Source: Longimicrobiales bacterium (GTDB taxonomy: Bacteria > Gemmatimonadota > Gemmatimonadetes > Longimicrobiales > Gaopeijiaceae). Taken from it: DNA of 64,000 nucleotides. The position numbers were made by a program, and so were the translations under genes. Under the pieces are notes generated by a model. It ran no database searches. It saw only the letters and a list, made by a program, of their open reading frames with translations, and was not told where the DNA came from. Position 1 is the first letter of the stretch. Each line of letters begins with the position of its first letter. The stretch is taken from NCBI GenBank assembly GCA_965197725.1, contig CBDANQ010000061.1:32001-96000 (forward strand). The letters are read 5' to 3'. Of this stretch, positions 58,777-64,000 are shown one piece after another.

Positions 58777-59666
58777 CCTGACCTCCTCGCTGAAAAGCTT
58801 CAGACCAGCTCGATCCTAACATTGCACCTGGTCTCGTTTCAGGGGGTCAGGTCACCGGCATCCGTTCGCACGAGCCACACGCTCGCGTCCGCCGTCACCA
58901 ACTGGTGACCATGGTCTAGCTGATCGGGACCGGCAGTTTCCTGCAAGTCGTAGACGTAGGAGTACTCGAGGTTCAGTTCGAGCCGTCGTGACAAATGCGA
59001 AGGCAGCGGAAGCAGCTCCGCCCGCACCCCAGTGACTGACCGGACAACGGAGCCTTCGAGGGACTCGTCCGCCGCGCGCACCACACTCTCGTGCTCGAGA
59101 CCGATGGACGGGCTGTAGGTGAACTCCACAGCCGAGCCAAATTCCGTCGCGACATTCGGGAGAAGGAGATTTGAGAGACCGCCGCCCCGGCCCTCCAGCA
59201 CCGGCGTGAAGAGCAGGTCCGTCTGCACCGACTTGGTGGAGCGCTCGAAATCGTTCTTGTACATGACGCGTGCAGCCAGGACTCCGCTCCATTTTTGCTT
59301 TTCCGCCTCCGCGTCCCGAGTCTGCCAGTCCGTCGACAGCCCGACCATAAAGACGTTTTGCGGCTTCTTGATGTGCGTCAGCGGTCGGTATTCGACGAAC
59401 GGGCCGATAGCGATCTTCTGGCCCAAACTCTCGAAACCGAAGTCGACCCGCATGGCGGACCGGATGCTGTACGAAGCGGTGGTATCACCGGGTAGGAGGA
59501 CGCTGAACGATGCTGGCTTAGATCGTCGCGCCTTGCCCGAGAACTTGCCCGAGAACGATTATTGGAAGGTGACACGCTCCCAGATCTGGCCCACGGCCTC
59601 CGTGCTGGAGCACAGTAGCAGGGCCAGGACAATGAGCGGCGTCGGTCTCACCAGGGGTCGGGTCCC

Positions 59667-60215
59667 CTACCGGCTCCATGGCGGCACGATCTGGTTCATG
59701 CGCGCGTAGGCGATGGATTGGCCGAGGTGCTCGTGCATGTCCATGACCGAGTGGCCGACGATGCCGGTCCCGTTCGTCGCTTGTCCGAACCACGACGCGT
59801 CAGCGTCGAGATCGGCCGCCGTCATGCTCCCGAAGGCATCGATCATGTAGCCGAATGAGCGCTCCATCTCCCTGATGACGTCTGCCTTCGACATGGCGGC
59901 CACTCGGGCGGTCTCGGCGCCGAAGCCCGAGGCGGCACCGGTCGGAGGAGTCGCCCCCCACATCGCGGGAAAGACGTGCCCCTCGGTCACGATGAGGACC
60001 ATGACGTCCCGCACCGAGCGCACACCTTCCATGGGCGTCCAATCCCACATCTCTTCGGGAAACTCCTCGGCCAGTGAGATGAATTTGTCCCGCATCTGCT
60101 CGAGGTCGGCTACCGTCTGCTCCTGCCACGCCTGCATTCCCCCGCCCTGGGCGGCACCAGCTGTGGGCAGCACAAACAGGGCTCCCGCGATCATCCACGT
60201 GCAACGTTTCGTCAT
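59667..60215 (-). CDS. DinB-family protein with signal peptide
   Basis: LAEEFPEE..DW.P..GVRSV..V, HEHLGQSIAYARMN.IVPPWS. Confidence 0.85.
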   Translation of the reverse strand: MTKRCTWMIAGALFVLPTAGAAQGGGMQAWQEQTVADLEQMRDKFISLAEEFPEEMWDWTPMEGVRSVRDVMVLIVTEGHVFPAMWGATPPTGAASGFGAETARVAAMSKADVIREMERSFGYMIDAFGSMTAADLDADASWFGQATNGTGIVGHSVMDMHEHLGQSIAYARMNQIVPPWSR

Positions 60216-60378
60216 CGTCGTCTCTCCCGTAGAGGAGGATAAGAACGAGTGGGCCAACGGGTGCCCAATGTAGCACCAAATCGTGCGCGGAGGGAAAGGC
60301 AAACCAAAAGCCCTTTTGCCGGGTCGGGAGAAGGTGGGGGGTAGGACCCGACCGGTCCACCTGAGGCAGGACCGCTCG

Positions 60379-62220
60379 TCACTGCGCCCCGGCCAGGTCC
60401 CTCACCGCGCTCGCGAGGGTCGTGACCTTGGCCCGGTCGCGCGCGCCGCGCCCCTCTCCATCGAGGTCCGACGCGAGCATGGTGAGTGCGCTGCTACGCC
60501 GTTGCCCGGAGAGTCCTTCGGCGCGCGCCAGCTCGCTCCTCACCTCATGAACCCGGTCCGTCGTGAGACCGCCCGACCGCTCGAGCTGATCGAGGTACGA
60601 GCGAGCGAGTGCGAAGCTCGGCGGCCAGACGAACTTCCGCTGCTGCTGCGCGTTGAAGTACTCGAAGTGCACCGTTTTGGCCGCGTCGATCTCGTTCTGC
60701 GAGATATGGGCGCTGGGCGTGAGCTCGAAGATGTCGAGTCCGCGGCGGATCTCGGAGCTGACCAGATATCCGTTGTACCAGTAAACGGACCACGAACCAG
60801 CCATTGAACCGGTGACGTCCAGGGGTCCGCGATCGTGGAAAGCGATCTCGATGGGATTGTCAGGATCGGTCCAGTCGAAGATATCGATCCCGCCTTGATA
60901 CCACGCTTGTGCCATCACGTCGCGACCGGGGATCGGGATCAGCGATCCGTTGTGTGCCACGCAGTTCTCCAACGACGTCTGCGCTGCGGGCATCTTGAAA
61001 TAGCTGTGGAAGTTCAGCCGGCCGTTGTCGATGGTGAAGATCGCGTCCGCGCCCCACTCGTACTTGTCAGTATCTCGGCAACGGGGCTGGCCACCACCGC
61101 CCCACTCGTCCGTGAACAGAAGCTTCGAGCCGTCACTGCTGAAGGTCGCCGAGTGCCAGAACGAGAAGTTCGAGTCGGCCGCAGCGTACAAGCGTCTCGG
61201 ATTGGCCACGTCGCTGATGTCGAGCAGGAGTCCGTACCCACCACAGGCACCGCCGGCGAACCCGATTTCGGGATATACCGTGATGTCGTGGCACTGCGTG
61301 GGTCCGGTGCGTTGACGCGGAGGGCCGGCCGGTGCTCCGGCAGCGGCTCGCCTCGCCCCCCGGCCTACCGTATCGGCCACGAGCTCGGCATGCGTCGGCG
61401 GGGCCGTCAGGTCGTTGAAGATGCGGGGGGAGCTCACGATCCGCGCGTCCTGAGGCGACGCGAGCGGGACTCGGATAACCTCGATGCGGAAGAGCGCCGT
61501 GTTTGGGTCATCGGCAAGCGGCCCGCCCGAGCAGCCGGGGAGCTCGCTTGGGGAGCGAACGCGGGAGGATCCGGAAACGTAGATATATACATTTTCCGCA
61601 TCGTTCGGGTCAGTCAGGACGGTGTGTGTGTGCGAACCACGACACGTCTGAACGTTGGCCACATACTTCGGGTTCGCGACGTCCGTCGCGTCGAATATTC
61701 GGATGCCGCGGAGCCGGTCGAAGCTGACCGTGTCCGGTACTCCTTCCGTGCCACAGTCGATGCGCCCCCCCAATCCTTCACCGGATATGAAGAGCAGGTT
61801 CTTGTAGACCGAGACGTCGCTCTGCGACGCCGGACACACGTAGGTGGTTTCGAGCGAGGGGTCCCTCGGGTTCGAGATATCCCAGACTGCGTAGCCGTTG
61901 TAATTGCCCTGGAAGGCGTAGTCTCCGATGAACGCCAGGTCGGAGTTCGTGACGCCGACGAACTCGTCCGGCGGAAGCGTGCTGGAGACCAGCCGCAGGT
62001 TCCACGCCGCTTCCTCGGCGTCCGTCATGCCAGCGCCCAGCCCAACGCGCGGGTCGGGCGTGGGCGGCGTGAGGGGCATGTCGGACAGCGCGGACGCCAT
62101 CGCAGAGGCGGAGGGCGACGATGTCGCGCATGCAGTGGCCATAACTGTCAGGGCGCACAAGGCGGCTGTGAGCGCGGCCCAGCGCGAGCCCGGAAGACGT
62201 GCGAAGGATTGGGAATTCAT
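60379..62220 (-). CDS. LVIVD-repeat beta-propeller lipoprotein
   Basis: NSDLAF, QGNY.G, SQSDVSV, CRGSHTHT, QCHDITV, FWHSATF, ENCVAHNG, WSVYWYNG. Confidence 0.82.
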   Translation of the reverse strand: MNSQSFARLPGSRWAALTAALCALTVMATACATSSPSASAMASALSDMPLTPPTPDPRVGLGAGMTDAEEAAWNLRLVSSTLPPDEFVGVTNSDLAFIGDYAFQGNYNGYAVWDISNPRDPSLETTYVCPASQSDVSVYKNLLFISGEGLGGRIDCGTEGVPDTVSFDRLRGIRIFDATDVANPKYVANVQTCRGSHTHTVLTDPNDAENVYIYVSGSSRVRSPSELPGCSGGPLADDPNTALFRIEVIRVPLASPQDARIVSSPRIFNDLTAPPTHAELVADTVGRGARRAAAGAPAGPPRQRTGPTQCHDITVYPEIGFAGGACGGYGLLLDISDVANPRRLYAAADSNFSFWHSATFSSDGSKLLFTDEWGGGGQPRCRDTDKYEWGADAIFTIDNGRLNFHSYFKMPAAQTSLENCVAHNGSLIPIPGRDVMAQAWYQGGIDIFDWTDPDNPIEIAFHDRGPLDVTGSMAGSWSVYWYNGYLVSSEIRRGLDIFELTPSAHISQNEIDAAKTVHFEYFNAQQQRKFVWPPSFALARSYLDQLERSGGLTTDRVHEVRSELARAEGLSGQRRSSALTMLASDLDGEGRGARDRAKVTTLASAVRDLAGAQ

Positions 62221-62269
62221 GTCAGATGCCTGTGTGAGGTCGGTTGAAGCAGAAGCGGGTAGGAGTAGG

Positions 62270-62908
62270 TCACGGAGCGCGGTCACTCCGAGGATCTGCG
62301 GCTAGCAGCATCTGCATACGCTCGATCTCGATCTCCTGATCGGCATAGATGTCAGACGCCAACTTGTAGACGAAATCATTCTGTGCGCCGCCATACGAGC
62401 CGAACAGCTCATCCACCATCGAGAGCGCACCCTCGTGGTGCGGGATCATGTACGTCAGGAAGAGTCGGTCGAAGTCCGCTCCACGAGCACTGTCGAGCTC
62501 GACAAGCTGCTGCTCGGTCAGCATGCCCGGCATCATCGTGACGCCCTCGGCGCCCCTCGGCATCGCGGCTCGGACGTACTCGGCGGCCGGGACGTGCTCG
62601 CCGCGGTCACCGAGCCAGGAGCGCATCGTCACGATCTCGTCGCGCTGGGCGACCACCATCCGTGCGCAGAAGACTTGCACCCTTTGGCTCGCACCGTGTG
62701 ACTCCGCCCAACCGGCGAACAGCACTGCCTGAGCGTGGTGCGGAATCATGGCAGTCATGAAGCGCACATCTGCCGGGCTGTGGGGTTGGCGATTGCGAGT
62801 CGCCAGCGCCTGCAGGTCGGCCGACGAGCGAGAGGCCCCGCCGCACGCCGAACAAGCGAGGACCGCAAGAGCGGCGACAGGCAACGCTGGTAAGGATGAG
62901 CACTTCAT
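62270..62908 (-). CDS. DUF305 (ferritin-like four-helix) lipoprotein
   Basis: D..FM..MIPHHAQA, MPGM, FDRLFL..MIPHHEGA..M, DQ..EI..M. Confidence 0.88.
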   Translation of the reverse strand: MKCSSLPALPVAALAVLACSACGGASRSSADLQALATRNRQPHSPADVRFMTAMIPHHAQAVLFAGWAESHGASQRVQVFCARMVVAQRDEIVTMRSWLGDRGEHVPAAEYVRAAMPRGAEGVTMMPGMLTEQQLVELDSARGADFDRLFLTYMIPHHEGALSMVDELFGSYGGAQNDFVYKLASDIYADQEIEIERMQMLLAADPRSDRAP

Positions 62909-63053
62909 CAATGCATTCCGGGGAGCCGTACTGGACTCCGAGCCGACACGATATAGCGCGCCGGGAAGGCGCGATCGTTTTCGACATTAGGGGGCACCCG
63001 CCCGATTGGAAAGCACGGGGCGAGCAGGGGTCGGTCTCTCGCTTTCGCCCGAA

Positions 63054-63072
63054 TGGGCACATCGTGGGCACA
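63054..63072. repeat. Second arm-type-like tandem repeat
   Basis: TGGGCACATCGTGGGCACA, 17/19 identical to 54467-54485, same orientation. Confidence 0.5.
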
Positions 63073-63078
63073 AAGCTC

Positions 63079-63360
63079 GTGTCAGACCCCGATGCGCTGG
63101 GTGAAGCACTCCGCTTCGAAGGTGAGCGGTATGACGCATTCGACTAGGTCGAGTTACATTTCGAACTCCCAGATCGAGATGTGCTGGTCTTCCATTTGAA
63201 GAACGAGTCGGCCTCGTTCGGCTCAAGGCGCGCAGGCGAACCGCTTCGCACCAAGCTGGCGAATCTCGTACGAATGAACCCCGGCCACCTTGTGATGGTG
63301 GATTTCTCTGAGGTCCCCCTGGTGTCCAGCAGCTTTGCAGATGAGCACTCGCCACGATGA
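63079..63360 (+). pseudogene. STAS-like (DUF4325-type) domain fragment
   Basis: FGSRRAGEPLRTKLANL...VDFSEVPLVSSSFADE; internal TAG at 63145-63147; truncated both sides. Confidence 0.6.
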
Positions 63361-63376
63361 TTCGGGAGCTCTGCCC

Positions 63377-64000
63377 ATGACCTCCTTCGGCCATGTTCAC
63401 CCCACCCAGGCCCGTCCCCTGTGGGGTCCGAGCCTCGCTGCTTGGCTCCTGGTGGCCGGAGGGCTCCCAGCCACAGCCCACGCTCAGGTTGCTCTCGTGG
63501 GCGGGACGGCCATCATCGGAGACGGGTCCTCACCCATCGTGGGGTCCGTCGTGCTCGTGGACGGAGACCGGATCACCTGTGTGGGTACGGCCGGGGACTG
63601 CCCCATCCCCGACGTGGTAGAGCGCATGAACGTCGCAGGGCAATTCATCACACCGGGCCTCGTGGACGCCCACGTCCACTTCAGCCAGACCGGCTGGTGG
63701 GACGGTCGCCCCGACGGCCTCTCAGCACCCGATATCTACCCGTACCTAAAGACATCCAGAGAGCTCCGCGCCGACCCGGGACGATGGCACCGGTCCTACC
63801 TCTGCTCGGGCATCACCGCCGTCTTCGATGTCGGCGGACACCCCTGGACCACCACTCTGCCGGATGCTTCCGAGAACGACACCATCGCCGTCCACGTCCG
63901 GGCCGCCGGGCCCCTCATCACCCACGCCACACGCACGGCCCTGATGGCCGATGAGGAGCACTACACCTTCCTCCCCATGGACACGCCCGCCGAGGTGGCC
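63377..64000 (+). CDS. Amidohydrolase-family protein (runs off window)
   Basis: Signal peptide AHA-Q; VLVDGDRI..VG, ITPGLVDAHVH, G.TAVFDVGG. Confidence 0.85.
   Translation, partial: MTSFGHVHPTQARPLWGPSLAAWLLVAGGLPATAHAQVALVGGTAIIGDGSSPIVGSVVLVDGDRITCVGTAGDCPIPDVVERMNVAGQFITPGLVDAHVHFSQTGWWDGRPDGLSAPDIYPYLKTSRELRADPGRWHRSYLCSGITAVFDVGGHPWTTTLPDASENDTIAVHVRAAGPLITHATRTALMADEEHYTFLPMDTPAEVA

Larger units (their letters stand above)
57584..58854 (-). mobile_element. IS3-family insertion sequence
   Basis: TGACCTG..CCC inverted ends; 4-bp target duplication CCGG (57580-57583 / 58855-58858). Confidence 0.93.
57477..59651 (-). pseudogene. Exported, probably outer-membrane beta-barrel protein, disrupted by a nonsense codon and IS3
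   Basis: GTG 59651 signal peptide; TAA at 59559-59561; frame rejoins across IS3 (TDAG|TLAGVSLKY...LTFSLKF*), ending in Phe. Confidence 0.7.

Noticed and set aside
60835..62247. Long antisense and alternate-frame ORFs (e.g. 470 aa here, 392 aa at 3155-4333, 388 aa at 10762-11928)
   Set aside because: Shadow ORFs expected in high-GC DNA opposite well-supported genes; no recognisable motifs.
1..64000. CRISPR array, rRNA or retroelement/defence system
   Set aside because: No regularly spaced direct repeats, rRNA-like sequence, cas genes or reverse transcriptase motifs seen.

Overview
GC-rich bacterial chromosomal window. The gene families and gene order suggest a Gemmatimonadota-like genome, but this is inference. 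A housekeeping core spans about 7.3-54.4 kb: nfuA, comM/yifB, pntAA-pntAB-pntB, an NtrY-like kinase, TolC/MFP/two MacB-type permeases, bshB1, iscS-mnmA, dnaJ-grpE, cinA-pgsA-mglA, recR-ybaB-dnaX-SRP RNA, yraN, aroF, smc, rsfS-rplI, a fused rpsF-rpsR, Na+-PPase, pth-rplY-prs and tRNA-Gln. Two decayed accessory regions flank it. The left one (1-7.3 kb) holds exported creatininase-like and aldolase enzymes, an IS1182-type element and many gene scraps. The right one (54.4-64 kb) is an island remnant on the 5' side of tRNA-Gln with a dead tyrosine integrase, IS21, IS3 inside an outer-membrane pseudogene, and DinB/LVIVD/DUF305 genes. The most notable signals are: a single-ORF bS6-bS18 ribosomal protein fusion with an acidic linker and a Cys-free S18; an SRP RNA without the GNRA tetraloop; an island apparently attached at the tRNA 5' acceptor strand; a MITE-like inverted-repeat family; a head-to-head gene fusion scar at CTAG; and signs of genome erosion (missing mglB and ABC ATPase, frameshifts, repeated Arg-to-Cys/Trp changes). 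All calls come from reading motifs by eye, and no database searches were run.
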